DNA from: Eledone cirrhosa
Lineage: Eukaryota
Length of the DNA: 64,000 nt
NCBI GenBank assembly: GCA_964016885.1
Contig: OZ024746.1
Coordinates: 17,360,001 to 17,424,000 of the forward strand
Reading direction: 5' to 3'
Notes under the pieces: generated by a model
Told to the model about the DNA's origin: nothing
What the model saw: only the letters and a program-made list of their open reading frames with translations
Database searches by the model: none
Shown: positions 43,095 through 56,129 of the stretch, piece after piece
Layout of the letters: each line of letters opens with the position of its first letter
Numbering within the stretch: the stretch's first letter is position 1
Program-made: the position numbers and the translations under genes

Positions 43095-43259
43095 TTATAT
43101 ATGAGATACGGTGACATTCCTGGCCATTTTTGGTTGATACGTAGCCATCAGCACAGAGACAGGAGTAGGTTGTATCTGTATGGACATCTCGATTGGTGTA
43201 AGGATCAGGTAAACATAAATGGGCACAGCCACCATTGTTATTGCCACAGTGACTTTTAG
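43095..43259 (-). CDS. EGF-C exon
   Basis: KSHCGNNNGGCAHLCLPDP...YSCLCADGYVSTKNGQECHR. Confidence 0.92.
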   Translation of the reverse strand, partial: LKVTVAITMVAVPIYVYLILTPIEMSIQIQPTPVSVLMATYQPKMARNVTVSHI

Positions 43260-43399
43260 CTGAAAAGAGGAAGACAAACAATAAATGATAATACTACTGT
43301 TCTATAGAAGGTATATTATAATAGACTGGTTACTACAGTTCTATAGAAATCAGTTCTATTATATTTACTTTACGATAGAATGAAATGAGAAGTTGACCC

Positions 43400-44035
43400 A
43401 AGCAAGGATATAGGTTTTATATGCGGCCGATGCACAGTATACTTGCAAGAGCCCACAGTATACTAGCACCTCCAAATGTCTGGAGGGAGGGCTCTGTAGA
43501 AATATTTGACAGTTTCCATTACCTAGGTGACCAAATCAGCAGTGGAGGAGGGTGTTCCAAAAGTACAGTAGCCAGAGTAAGAACAGGATAGAGAAAGTTC
43601 AGGGAGCTACTACCACTGTTAGCTACAAAAGGTTTTTCCCTCAAAGTGAAGGGTATATGATGCATGTATACGAACAACAATGTTGCATGCTAGTGAGACC
43701 TGGACACTGTGTGCAGAGGACCTGCGAAGATTGGAAAGAAATGAAGTCTGCATGCACTGATGAATGTGTAATAGTAATATACACAAACAGCAGAACATAA
43801 ATGAACTGAGAGAGAAATTAGGCATAATAGGGATCAGATACAGTGTGAAAGAGAGGAGACTGCTTTAGTATAGCCATGTGATGCATATGAAGGATGACAG
43901 CTGTATAAAAAGGTGCAGGGCGATCAAATTTGATGGAAGCTATGGAGTAGGAAGACCTAGGAATGCCCGAGATGAAATGATAAAAGCTGACCTTGCACAA
44001 TTGCACCTCTCATAGGCAATGACATGAGATTGAGA
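43400..44035 (+). mobile_element. Degenerate RTE-like fragment (similar pieces on - at 28930-29190, 57290-57520, 62890-62990)
   Basis: Frameshifted FHYLGDQIS, KFRELLPLL, ERRL..GHV, GVGRP motifs. Confidence 0.75.
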
Positions 44036-44482
44036 TCTCTGGCATTATGCAGTAATACAGAAGACCTGCCTTCCCATGCACACAGATTGAAGTATACATC
44101 TATATGCCCCTCTAAACCACTATCCCCATTCCACCCTTCCATACCTCCTGCGCCCCAAAACCCCACCTTCTCCCATCTCTTTGCACCCCTGCCCCAGTTC
44201 CAGCCCACCCTATAAAGTGGTTGTGTAAGTGTCACAACAAAAACCACCCAGCACACACTGTAAATGTGATTGCCTTAGGAAGGACATGCAGCCATAGAAA
44301 CAAGCCAGAAACAGTTCTGTATGAGCAAGACACGGTCACCTGACCTGACTTGCTTCAAATAGGACAACCCATACTACCATGGAAAATAGACATTAAATGA
44401 TGATGATGATGACCTCTCTACCTATTCAGCTACTAACCCCTACGCACCTCTACTCACAAATATTTTCATATAATATACTTAC

Positions 44483-44624
44483 ATGGGGGCTGTCGCGTGC
44501 GATGGTACACATGTATATCCATAGGTTCGCGAATCTGCAGTCCTAATCGAAGGAAATCTCTCCCAGTGAATTTATTTACTTGACAAATTGATTCGCTGTT
44601 ACGATCAGTCCAATAAAGAGTATC
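44483..44624 (-). CDS. YWTD beta-propeller exon 5
   Basis: DTLYWTDRNSESICQVNKFTG...EPMDIHVYHRTRQP. Confidence 0.92.
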
Positions 44625-45532
44625 CTGGAGAAAAACAAACAATAATATGATTTAACATTTTCGTAATGATGATGATGATGATGATGATAACAATAACATA
44701 TTTATAATAAAAAACACTACTAAAGGGATTTAGAAATATAATTAACTTTCTCATTATTAACCCTTTCATTATCATATTTTTAATGAAAAGCACTAATTGA
44801 GGAATTTAGTAATGTAACTAACTTATTAACCTTTTTGTTGCCATATTTCTAATGAAATATGTTGCCATATTTCTAAAGGCGGTGGATTAGCAGTATCACT
44901 AGAGGATCGGTCGCCATGCTTTGCAGCATAGAGTTACGTCCCTTTATGATCTGAGTAAAAATCCCGCCGAGGTTAACTTTGCTTTTCATCTTTACGGGGG
45001 TCGATAAAATAAAGTATCAGTCACGCACTGGGGTCGATTTAATCGACTTTCCCCTCCCTCAAAATTGCTGGCCTTGTGCCTATATATGAAACCATATTTC
45101 TAATGAAAGACAGCCTATAAATCTGAAAATAATCAGGAATTTAAAGAGATATAGTAATATAACTAATTTTTACTTAGGTATTTGGAACATAACTTAAAAA
45201 AGGTTGTTACATAAAATTATGATGGACGGTTTTTGATAAATATAAACACTTTAAAATAGACATGTTTTTTAACCATAGAACAAGGAATAGTTTCAGACAT
45301 TTTGGAACATAACTTAATAAAGGTTCTGATAGGAAATTATGCTGGAAGGTTTTTAGATAAATATAAATGTTCATATGTACACATGCATATATGTATGTAT
45401 GTAATAACGGAGATATGAGTATGTATGTATATGTTATAATCATCAGCATCATGTATCTTTATGTATATGTATATATCTATGTAAATAACGTAAATATATG
45501 TGTATGTATATATGTGTGCATGTGTATGTATA

Positions 45533-45724
45533 TACTGAAAAGTTCATAGGCTGACTATGAAGGAGTGATGCTAGGGCTGTGAAATTTTACAGGCATTAAT
45601 TTCAACTCTTCTTATTAATAACTGCATTGCTTCTTTCCAGGGACTATGTTGAAACATAAACTTCATTTGGTCATTCCATGAGAGTATCTTGGTCAGCCTT
45701 TGAACTTTTTAGCTGACTCTTGTA
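45533..45724. mobile_element. Tc1/mariner-type MITE
   Basis: TIRs ctgaaaagttcataggctgac / gtcagcctttgaactttttag, TA flanks. Confidence 0.7.
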
Positions 45725-45746
45725 TATTTATATATATATATACACA

Positions 45747-46068
45747 TAGTGGAAACTCAGTTCATGAACACCTATCATAATGAACAAATCAGTTCACGAA
45801 CAATTTTTCCGAACATAAAATGTCTTGGTTGACGGTGTCTTGAGTAATGGACATGCAAACCGGCAACAAGCTTGGAATATTAGCAGGAAAGTGTCACTTG
45901 CTATGTAGTTAGTTTCTATGGTGATATATATCTATCTTTCACGCATAATCTCTCTTACTGTATTTCTCTCTCAACATTTCATATGGGAAAATAGTTTCAC
46001 TTTATGAACATTTCGGGTGACAATCGGCTTTCAGAAACGAATTAAGTTTGTGAACCGAGGTTCCACTG
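45747..46068. mobile_element. pogo/Tigger-type MITE
   Basis: TIRs tagtggaaactcagttcatgaac / gtttgtgaaccgaggttccactg followed by TA. Confidence 0.75.
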
Positions 46069-46152
46069 TATGTGTATATACATATATAGATATATACCTT
46101 TATGTATGTATTTATATACGTATACATGTATATATATGTATATTTATATCTA

Positions 46153-46497
46153 TGGAGGCACATGGCTTAATGGTTAGAGCATTGGCCTTGCAATCGAAAG
46201 GTTGTGAGTTCAATTCTCAGACTGGGTGATGTGTTGTTTCCTTGAGCAAGACACTTTATTTCACGTTGCTCCAGTTTACTCAGCTGTAGAAATGAGATGA
46301 TAGGGACTGGGGTCCCTATCATTCCACTGCAAAGTGGTCGTGGAGGTGCCACGGCAAAAAAGCACCCAGCACTCACTGTAAATGAGGTTGGTGTTAGGAA
46401 AGGCATCCAGCTGTAGAAATCAAGCCAGAATCAGTTCCCGTCCCACCCTTGCAAGCAGGAAAAAGCGGACGTAAAATGAAATGATGATGATGATGAT
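46153..46497 (+). mobile_element. SINE, same family as 61794
   Basis: Near-identical to 61794-62170 with an internal deletion. Confidence 0.8.
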
Positions 46498-46557
46498 GTA
46501 CATATGTATGTGTGTAAATACTATAAATATTAAAAGAAAAAGTCATGTATAACATAC

Positions 46558-46697
46558 CTCAAATACAGTAATAGCAAATGGAAATAAGATGAATGCTCGA
46601 CTTCTAAGAATAAGGATACGTTGGCCTCCATTGAGATTGGAGCTTTCAATTTGTCTCAACTTAGCATCAATCCAGTATAGCCTTTGATTTTCATAAT
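46558..46697 (-). CDS. YWTD beta-propeller exon 4
   Basis: YENQRLYWIDAKLRQIESSNLNGGQR...FPFAITVFE. Confidence 0.92.
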
Positions 46698-46947
46698 CTG
46701 TTAAATAGACATAGGAAATTTAAATGTCTGTATTATATAGATTTATTAGATAAACAGTGAAGATATATATATATATATATATAAATTAATATGTAAGTGA
46801 TGAAACACAGATACCAACATATCTGTATATATATTGCAAAAGAAAAATTTAGCCAGAATGAAGTATACTAATTATTATACTACAGTTTGTCCATATCGAT
46901 TTAAAATAATAAATCAACGGAGACGAACTGTATTGGCAAAAGGCCGT

Positions 46948-47075
46948 GATGTTTAGACACATTTAAATTTCAAAATCAAACCTGTTCCGTAGATAAGTTT
47001 AGACTTTAAGATCCAAATATGTTTCGAGTTAAATAAGTGTAGGAATATCATGTCCCGCTCTCCTCAGTAAACATC
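46948..47075 (-). ncRNA. Type I hammerhead ribozyme, canonical core, long stem III
   Basis: GATGTTTA-CTGAGGA-gag..ctc-GAAA-CATATTTGGAT..ATTTAAATGTG-TC-TAAACATC. Confidence 0.75.
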
Positions 47076-47278
47076 CAGAGACAAATTGATATGCTTCACT
47101 TCTAAATGATTTAAAAGACTGCGTGACGCACATGGCTTTACAGTATCTAACTAGTCTCATAACCGTACTGCTAGAAATAACAGTCGTATATATGAGATGG
47201 TTTGCAGCTCAAACTAGGAGCAGTTAAAATTAATAAGGTATTACCTTATTAATATATATATATATATGATATATATAT

Positions 47279-48108
47279 GATTCCGTCAGGGAAATGGCCA
47301 TGTTCGATATGCAGAAAAGGAACTGGCATAAATTCTATAAAATGCACACAATGTAGGTCCTGGGTACACAAGAGATGTAGCGGGATAGCAGGCAAACTAA
47401 CAGGTAGGGAGAAATATGTATGCAGTAGATGTACAGGGAAATTAGACAGTAGAAGTCGCACTGATAGACACATTTTTCAAATGCGAGAGGGCGCTATAGA
47501 AGTGGTGGATAGCTTCCGGTACCTAGGAGATCAGATTAGCATGGGAGGAGGGTGTTCCGAGGCCATAGTATCTAGAATAAGGACGGGTTGGAAGAAGTTT
47601 AGGGAGCTGCTTCCTCTGTTGACGAAGAAGGGTTTCTCCCTGCGTACGAAAGGCCGGTTGTATGATGCCTGTGTGAGGAGCGCGATGCTGCATGGTAGTG
47701 AGACATGGGCAGCTACCGCAGAAGATATGCGACGGCTGGAGAGAAATGAGGCAAGCATGCTCCGTTGGATGTGCAGTGTAAATGTGCGTGAACGACCCAG
47801 CATAAATGTGTTGAGAGAGAAACTGTGTCTGAGAGGGATAGAATGTAGTGTACGGGAGAGGAGACTGAGGTGGTATGGACATGTGATGCGCATGGAGGAT
47901 GACCGATGGGTGAAGAAGTGCCAGGAAATGCCAGTTGAAGGAAGACGTAGTAGAGGTAGACCACGAAAAACATGGGCGGAGGTGGTGAGAACAGACCTCA
48001 GATCATTGAAGCTCACGGTGGAGATGACGAGGGACCGTGACGAGTGGAGAGATGCTGTGCTGAATAAGACCCGTCCCACCCTTGCAAGCAGGGAAAAGCG
48101 GACGTAAA

Positions 48109-48140
<32 letters not shown>
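47279..48140 (+). mobile_element. RTE-like LINE 3' fragment with PHD finger, (ATG)n tail
   Basis: CSIC..CTQC..WVHKRC..CSRC, then FRYLG, YDACVRSAMLHGSETW, RRLRWYGHV, RGRPRKTW. Confidence 0.88.
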
Positions 48141-48429
48141 ATATATATATAATCCTGAGCAAGACAACCAATCTTGCCTCAAGTGGGACAATTCCCGTCC
48201 AGACCCATGCTAGCGTGGAAAATGGACGTTAAACGATGATGATGATGATGATGATGATATATATATACAGTGAAAATAGATTTATAGAGACAATGAAAAA
48301 AATATATATATATATATGCATGTATCATCATTATCGTTTACCGTCCATCTTCCATGCTAGCATGGGTTGGACGGGTTTGTCCCACTTGAGGCAAGATTGG
48401 TCGGGTGACCATGTCTTGCTCGTACAGAA

Positions 48430-48478
<49 letters not shown>

Positions 48479-48601
48479 TGAAGATAAATATATATAGTGA
48501 GTGAATATAAACTAGATTTATATAAATTGTATAGCCAAAATAGATTTCTATAGATAGTGAAGGTAAGATAGAAAATAAAGATACAAGAAATATATATTTA
48601 C

Positions 48602-48717
48602 CTATTGTTATACCATTAGGCCACTGGACATTTACAACAATTTTTCGACAATATTTTCCATTCATGCCACACATTTCAATTGCCGCTGGATGACCCCAAT
48701 CAGTCCAGTAGAACCAA
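48602..48717 (-). CDS. YWTD beta-propeller exon 3
   Basis: [20 protein letters not shown]...VQWPNGITI. Confidence 0.93.
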
Positions 48718-49602
48718 CTAAAAACAAGTTTAAAATTCAATATTATTATTTTTTTTTTAATTATCACTGTAAACTTTATAATGTGATTGGTGTGAGGAAA
48801 TGCATCTTGATATAGAAACCATGTCTAAGAGTATTGAGAGGACTCTTCAGTTGATTCAAGGACACTACAACCTCTCTAGTGCTGCTGTAATTATAAAATG
48901 TAACCTATAATATGGTTGGCATTAGGGAAAGGGATCTAGTCATAGAAACTGTGCAAAAAGGAGTTGAGAGAATTCTTTAGTCATTTCAATGACATGACAA
49001 CTTCCGTTTCCTTGTTTCTTGTGCGGATTAACCCAGTCAATCCCAGGGTTTACCCTCAACTGCTATTGGTACACATTTTCAGCTAAATACAGTGAAACAA
49101 CATGATATAAAAACTCTTCGCTCAGGGTCACAATGTCCCACGTGGTCTGGGACTCGAGACCAACTCTAATTCACATGTCCTCATTAATATGGGTACACAG
49201 GAGTTAAGGAGTTCGCTTCACAACCACATGGCTTCAGATTCAATCCCATATGTGACACTTTCAGCAAGCACCTTCTACTATATTCTTGGTTTGACCATTG
49301 TTTTCCAAGTGAAAATTGGTAGACGGAAACTGTGCCGAAGCCTGTCAATAGTGTGTTTGTGGTTGTTTATATCCCATAATGTAGCAGCTAAAAACAATAG
49401 AGATCGATAAAATATGTAGCAGACTTTTAAAAAGTAAGCACTGATGTCGTTTTCTAATTAAATTCCTAGAAGGCAGTGTCCCAGTATGGCCACAGTCTAA
49501 TGACTGATAGCAGTAACAGAGCAATGCCCTAGTATGGCCACAGTCTAATGACTAAAAGCAGTAAAAAATAAAAGAATAAATGATGAAGAAAAGATAGTTT
49601 AC

Positions 49603-49830
49603 CCTCGTTTGGGATCAACGGCTATGGCTCTTGGCTCTCGAAGGTCCTTATCTACTAATGTCCTCATATGATGTCCAGATTTATTGGCAACAAAAATCTT
49701 TGTTAATCCAGTGTCTGTCCAGTAGATATTATGATGGATCCAATCAATTGCCAATCCATCTGGATGTATTAAGCCTGTGTCAATAATTGTCTCAGACGAA
49801 TTCACTGCATCGTTAGCATCAAAAGGAGCT
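49603..49830 (-). CDS. YWTD beta-propeller exon 2
   Basis: PDGLAIDWIHHNIYWTDTG...LREPRAIAVDPKRG. Confidence 0.93.
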
Positions 49831-50037
49831 CTGTAATTAATTAAGAATAAATTTCACATAAATAATGTTTATCAATAAATAACACAAGATATTTTAAGAT
49901 TTTTTTTTCATAGGATTTCTAATAAAATGCACTGCTTGTGATTTTAATAACATTTTGTAAGTCTAATGACTGAAACCAGTAAAAGATTAAAAGACGAAAT
50001 ACTTTTTTTTAAATCAATAAATAAAACTATTATTTAC

Positions 50038-50209
50038 CTCATAATCTTCTCCTGTGTAATATCAGTCCAGTAGACATATCCTTCTGAATAGTCAAAATCT
50101 AGAGCAATAGCATTGTCACTTCGAGAATGGATAAGTTGATACTCATGAGTTCCTAATTGTAATTTACGGACATCTGCCTTATTAGATATAATCAACCAAG
50201 GGCGAGGAC
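50038..50209 (-). CDS. YWTD beta-propeller exon 1
   Basis: PRPWLIISNKADVRKL...AIALDFDYSEGYVYWTDITQEKIMR. Confidence 0.92.
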
Positions 50210-50633
50210 CTGTGAGAAATTCACACAAAAAATGTTAAACTGTGAACCTCCTTTACCACATTACCAAGACATTTAGAAAAGTACAAAACAACACTATGAC
50301 TGCTTCACATTAAGCATCAAACCTTTATCTTGATACTACAAATTCCCACAATGGTCTGTCCACATTTGAATTAAACCTATTTTTAGATATTATCTGCAAA
50401 TTCTAATAGGATGTTAAAGTTAATAATAACTTAGCAGGTCGACAAACAGTAATTGATAAAATAGGTGCCAGGCTTGAAAATTAAGTACTGTGGTTGATAT
50501 GATCAATTAAATCCCTTAATGGTGCTTGAACATGGTCACAGCCCAATGACAGAATTGATGATGATGATGGTGGTGGTGGTAATGATAATGACAAGGATTT
50601 ATAACGATGATGAAAGAATACTTTAATTCTTAC

Positions 50634-50756
50634 CAACTGTCTTGCAGGAATTTCTATCTTGGAGTTCATAACCGTTCAGACAACTACATTTATAAGATCC
50701 AATGTGATTTTCACACAACTGAGAGCAAGTTCCAAATATTTGACATTCATCAATAT
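50634..50756 (-). CDS. Calcium-binding EGF-B exon
   Basis: [41 protein letters not shown]. Confidence 0.92.
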
Positions 50757-51621
50757 CTGAAGTTGTAAAACAAGAAATACATTAAAACATGGCCACCAAG
50801 ATAGAAGTGATTTATGTAACTGTTTGTTGTAGTGATAGAGAAACAGATGAAAAAGCAGTGTGCTTCTATGCATTTGCTACACAGTTCTGCTCATTTCTGT
50901 TATTGTGCATGTAAAACTAGAAGCTAAGATAGAAAGAATTATTATAACCTATCTGCGTGTGTGAGCATGTGTGTGTACACAACTGCAGGTAGAAATTGAC
51001 AATATGGAAGTTGAAAATATGCAATTCATTTTAAGTTTGACTTATTCATGCATTACATGTGGTTTCAGAGACAGTGCACGTCTAATGTATGTAGAATATA
51101 TCTGACAGAGTTAGATGAGCTTATGTCTATGAAGCTTCTAGTAATGCAAGACCAACTGAAACTTTTAATAGCAGTATATTACATAGGTGGTGAATTGGCA
51201 GAGTCGTTAGAGCATTGGATAGAATGCTTTGTAGAAATTGTTCCAGTTCTTTGCTCTCTAAGTTCAAATCCTGCCATGGTCAACTTTGCTTTTCATCCAT
51301 TCAAGGTCAATAAAAACAAATACCAGTCTAGTACTGGGGTCGATTCTTCCTCTATATCTCTTTCTCACTCTCTCTATCTTTCTCTGGAAGAAGTCTGCTG
51401 TATGTATTCAGTCCTGGGGAGATTGGGCTCCGCGAGGTTTAAAAATGCCCTAGAAACGCTGTATATCAATACAGTGCCCTTACGACTCCCTCAGGAGTTA
51501 CAGGACCATGCATGCATGGATAATATTAAATACATATTAATGTGAGTGTGTGTGTTATAGCGAAAGAGATGATTTTATATGAAATTTATACTGTCCTAAC
51601 ATCAACAATGACAATACTTAC

Positions 51622-51741
51622 CATGACAAGTGGTGTTGCCAAAAAGGTTAAAGCCAGGAAAGCAACCACAGCGATGTACATGACGTAGGGGAATGCACTG
51701 CTGTTCACATTCACCATTATTATCTTTGCATGGGAATTTTT
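51622..51741 (-). CDS. EGF-A exon
   Basis: FPCKDNNGECEQQCIPLRHVHRCGCFPGFNLFGNTTCH; 120 nt. Confidence 0.9.
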
Positions 51742-52125
51742 CTGTAAAAATTAAACATATTTTAGGTATTAAAAAAAATAAAAAGAAAAAAGAAATGGAC
51801 AGAGTTCCTCAAACTTCTTCAGAGCTGCTCCACATTCCCATTCTTTAGAGAATATATTTCATCAACTCACCATACTCTAAATTTACTAAATAATTAAAGA
51901 TTGAAAATTAAACACAGCTTTCCAACACACAGCAGATGTGAGGTTTGATTCATGCAGGAGATTTTGTCTACATTTTTCTGCCCCTAAGGGTTATATCCGT
52001 ATATACATATATCATCCGACATATCTTGTCTTAGAATTTGACAACCGGTCCAACCCATGCCAGTGTCGTAAATAAATGGAAAATGGTGATAATGATGATT
52101 GATATATATATCATTATATATATAG

Positions 52126-52313
52126 GGCGGTGGATTGGCAGTATCGGTAGAGGGTCGGACGCCATGCTTTCCAACATAGTTACGTCCCTTTACGATCTGA
52201 GTTCAAATCCTGCCGAGGTTGACTTTGCCTTTCATCCTTACGGGGTCGATAAAATAAAGTACCAGTAATGCACTGGATAATTGCTGGCCTTGTGCCTAAC
52301 GTAGAAACAATTA
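52126..52313 (+). mobile_element. tRNA-derived SINE family 2 (Meta-domain-like); other copies at 27135-27322, 42593-42782, 44878-45090 (+) and 25270-25660, 26842-27022, 54003-54192 (-)
   Basis: TGGCAGTATCGG A box, GTTCAAATCC B box, GCCTTTCATCCTTACGGGGTCGATAAAATAAAGTACCAG core repeated throughout. Confidence 0.8.
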
Positions 52314-52603
52314 TATATATATGTGTGTCCACATATGCGATTAATTAAAAGTCTAAAATCTGTTTTCAGTTTGGAAGTTCATCAGGCCGGTGCTTATCTC
52401 AGTTTCCATGGCGTTAAGTAAGTGAGAGTACAATACTTCCCTCTGGACAGGATGCCAGTCCATCGCAGGGTTAAATCCCCAGCTATTGCTGGTACTCATT
52501 TTTAACTGAGTATACTGGAGCAACATGAAATGAAATGTTTTGCTCAAGGATACAACACACAACCCAGTCCAGGAATGAAACCCATGACATTATGATAACT
52601 TAC

Positions 52604-52741
52604 CGCTACACAAATCTTTATTTTCATCATTCCAGTGGCCACAATCATTGCGGAAGTCACACACTTTGTTCCACGGTATACATTTCTTCTTATCACCATA
52701 ACAGTCAAACATTCTATCATTACATTGGTCTTCTGTTGGAC
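52604..52741 (-). CDS. Last LDLa repeat exon
   Basis: [40 protein letters not shown]; 138 nt. Confidence 0.9.
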
Positions 52742-52844
52742 CTGCAAACAAATGGTTAAATATTCTACAATACACTACAACTATACAACATTTCAAAAAA
52801 ACAAAGTAACTACTGTTTTTTTAATCACTCTCACTCAATGTATA

Positions 52845-52913
<69 letters not shown>

Positions 52914-53206
52914 ATATATATAAATAATATATATATAACTATATATATATATATATATATAAATATATATATATAAATATATATATATAACTATATATAA
53001 AAAACAAATGAAGATGATAGAAATAAGTTTTTACATAGTTTAATTCTTACAATTCATTCAGTAGACGGCTTTTCTTCAAACATGTGTGTATAAATCTAGA
53101 TACTTGTGTATCTGTACATATTGGATACAATTTTATAGTTACTTCTCACTTGTGTTATGTGTATGTGTATGTATATATATGTATGTGTGTATACGTATGT
53201 AATATA

Positions 53207-53489
53207 TACTCTTGGGTCTTGAATAATCACCCCCAACCACTTATTAATTTTTCAGACCCCACCCTCTCTGCTCTTATTCTAAACACCCCCACCTCCGGCT
53301 TAATAAAAATTTGCTATAGCGAACTTTTATTTTAAGTGGTAGTATTCCTGCTACATTTAATTTTCTTTATACATTAAAAAACTAATTCTGGCTTTCAAAA
53401 AAATCAACATAAACAACCTAGAAAAATTACTGATTTTCCAATCCCCCGCGGCTTATTCAAACCCCCTTATTATTTGGGACCAAAGAGTA
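53207..53489. mobile_element. MITE with TACTCTT termini
   Basis: TIRs tactcttgggtcttgaataat / attatttgggaccaaagagta. Confidence 0.65.
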
Positions 53490-54361
53490 TGTATATATGT
53501 GTGCGCGTGTGTGTATGTGTGTGTATGTATGTATATAGATTAGGAATCTATCAGTGTCGTGTCTTCAGGAAGGCAACAAAAGTGTTGATTTATCTGGAAC
53601 AACCCAATCAACTCTCATTTATGCACAAAGTGAATTCATTGTTTCAAAGGTGGCAATTAATTATTTATTTGATGAGGGGAGGGGGTCCTTTAAAGAGAGA
53701 AGCAAAGATAAAATGTGAACCTTATACAAAAAGCAACAACAACAAATACCCAAAAATAACATAATTATACATATATACATAATAAATGTTGTAGGGTAGA
53801 AGAGAACTGATAGCGTTGTTAAAACATCAAATTAAAGAGTTTAGCAGTAATTTGTTTGAGTCTCAAAGTCATCTTAGCTTTCAAATCCCTTCAGGGATAA
53901 TATTGTTAAAAACTCAATAGTTGGATACCTTGTCGTATCTAATCCATCTTTGTGTTTTATGGGTTCAAATCCCACCTCCTTCTCTGTCATGTAACTGACA
54001 GATAATTGTTTCTACTTTTTGGCACAAGGCCAGCAATTATCCCAGTGTATTACTGGTACTTTATTTTATCGACCCCGTAAGGATGAAAGGCAAAGTTAAC
54101 CTCGGTGGGATTTGAACTCAGACCATAAAGGGCCGTAACTCTTTGCTGTAAAGCATGGCGTCAGACTCTCTACCGATACTGCCAATCCACCACAGCATAT
54201 GGAAAGAGTAATGGAAACATTGTCTCCTCGATGTTTCAGATAGTATCAGCAATGAAAATGCCAATGAAAACATTGTTTTCTTGGTCCGATATGATGATTG
54301 TCTCCCTTTTTTACGCGCACACACATACACACATACATACATACACACAAAACCAACTTAC

Positions 54362-54481
54362 CACAATCCTTTTCATCGGAACCACTTAAGCAGTCACGGG
54401 AACCATCACACTTAAGCAAAATATGAAGGCACTCTTTCGTTTCTTCACAAAGAAAATGATCATTATCACAAGTGTGTTGAC
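54362..54481 (-). CDS. LDLa repeat exon
   Basis: QHTCDNDHFLCEETKECLHILLKCDGSRDCLSGSDEKDC; 120 nt; the split TGT codon completes the previous repeat's Cys. Confidence 0.9.
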
Positions 54482-54586
54482 CTGAAACGATTAAGAAGTA
54501 TTTGACATTGAATTACTATCTATATAGTGTCATCAATATATATATATATATATATACACACACTTGTATATACTGTAAATACTGTA

Positions 54587-54619
<33 letters not shown>

Positions 54620-54745
54620 TATATACATATATATACATCTATATACAACACACATCTATATACTGTTATATAACTCTGTATATATACAGTTGTACTGCAT
54701 CGGAGCACTGTACACAATAATTTTCATTATTATTATATGTGTATG

Positions 54746-54781
<36 letters not shown>

Positions 54782-55182
54782 AAAATGTTCAAAACCCCGA
54801 CGGCAGAGCTCAAGCTGTTTCGACGGCTTGAGCTCTGCTGTCGGGGTTATTTTAATAAATATAATTCATTGGATTTTCACCCCGAAACTGGATACCAACC
54901 CAGAGTACACCTGAACTTCCACCAGGAAATCTTTCGTATCATTGAAATTTTCTTTGCTTCTTGCATTTAAATATTGCACGACTCTCGACCACTTTTCCTC
55001 TACTACAATCTTCTTACACCACCTTCTTCTTCTCACCCGTCTATTTTTCACTCCCACCCTATTACCTTCAATATGCCCAATCTCAAATCTTTTCTCCACC
55101 AGCTCCATTCTATTTTTATCTAAAGACATTTTTTCCAATTCCAACCCGCCCGTCCCCTCAATTTATCCTATTTTTCATTCTT

Positions 55183-55218
55183 TCTTCTGATGAAGGACTA
55201 GCGTCCAAAACGTTAAGA
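55183..55218 (+). ncRNA. Decayed minimal hammerhead (G12A)
   Basis: TCTT-CTGATGA-aGGAC tagc GTCC-AAAA-CG-TT-AAGA. Confidence 0.6.
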
Positions 55219-55327
55219 CCCTCTTCCTGCTATATCAAGCGTTAACCTAATATATCCCTTCCATATACTGTACCGATTGTGTTGTTATTTCTATTTACCT
55301 TTTACATACATATATATATATATATAT

Positions 55328-55362
<35 letters not shown>

Positions 55363-55637
55363 ATATATATATATATATAGCAGGGGTAGAAGTAATTAGA
55401 CATAATTAAAGATGCCCTGTAGATACAAACTATTTGTATCTAATTATGTAACAAATATTCACAATAGCATAAATTATAATATAATAATAGTAATAATGAA
55501 AATGATTGTGTACAGTGCTCAGGTGCATTACAACTCATCAAAAGTGCATGTATAGTACATAGAACAATGTGCAAATGTCAGGAAAGTGAACAGTGAATGA
55601 GACATGATATACACACAGATACATGTGTGTGTATGTA

Positions 55638-56073
55638 TATAGAGTCTGCCAAAAAAAATTTATACACACTTCAGGAAAAGAAAAACTTGCATGAAATATT
55701 TAACTTGTTTAACCCTTTAGTATTCACATTACTCTATATTTACTACTGTATTTTTGCAGTAAAGGCTTTATTTTACATAATTATCTCACATAATATTAAA
55801 TCTATAAGATTTTGATATTTATTTTGAGAACAATACCTTAATGTTGGATGAGCAGCTGGTTACGGCCTGTTTGGACAGAATGAGGTGAGATAATTCTGGC
55901 CAGATTTGGTCAGTTTAAATGCTAAAGGGTAAAATACCTCTACATATATAAATACCTCTTTTAAAGTTTGATCAAATTACAATAACACTATACTATAGTA
56001 AATTTGTATAAAAATATCTATACAAATTTTTCTTTTCCTGAAGTGTGTATACACTTTATTAGTGGATTGTATA
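55638..56073. mobile_element. Tc1/mariner-like MITE containing a nested piggyBac-like MITE (55709-55932)
   Basis: Outer TIRs tatacacacttcaggaaaagaaaaa / tttttcttttcctgaagtgtgtata; inner TTAACCCTTTAG...CTAAAGGGTAA. Confidence 0.65.
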
Positions 56074-56129
56074 ATGTCATCAACATAAAACATCCACATT
56101 AACAACAATAATAATGTGTTTGTACTTAC

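Noticed and set aside
54866-55245. Overlapping ORFs of about 90 aa as genes
   Set aside because: No recognisable domain or splice pattern; likely a non-coding retroelement tail ending in a decayed hammerhead
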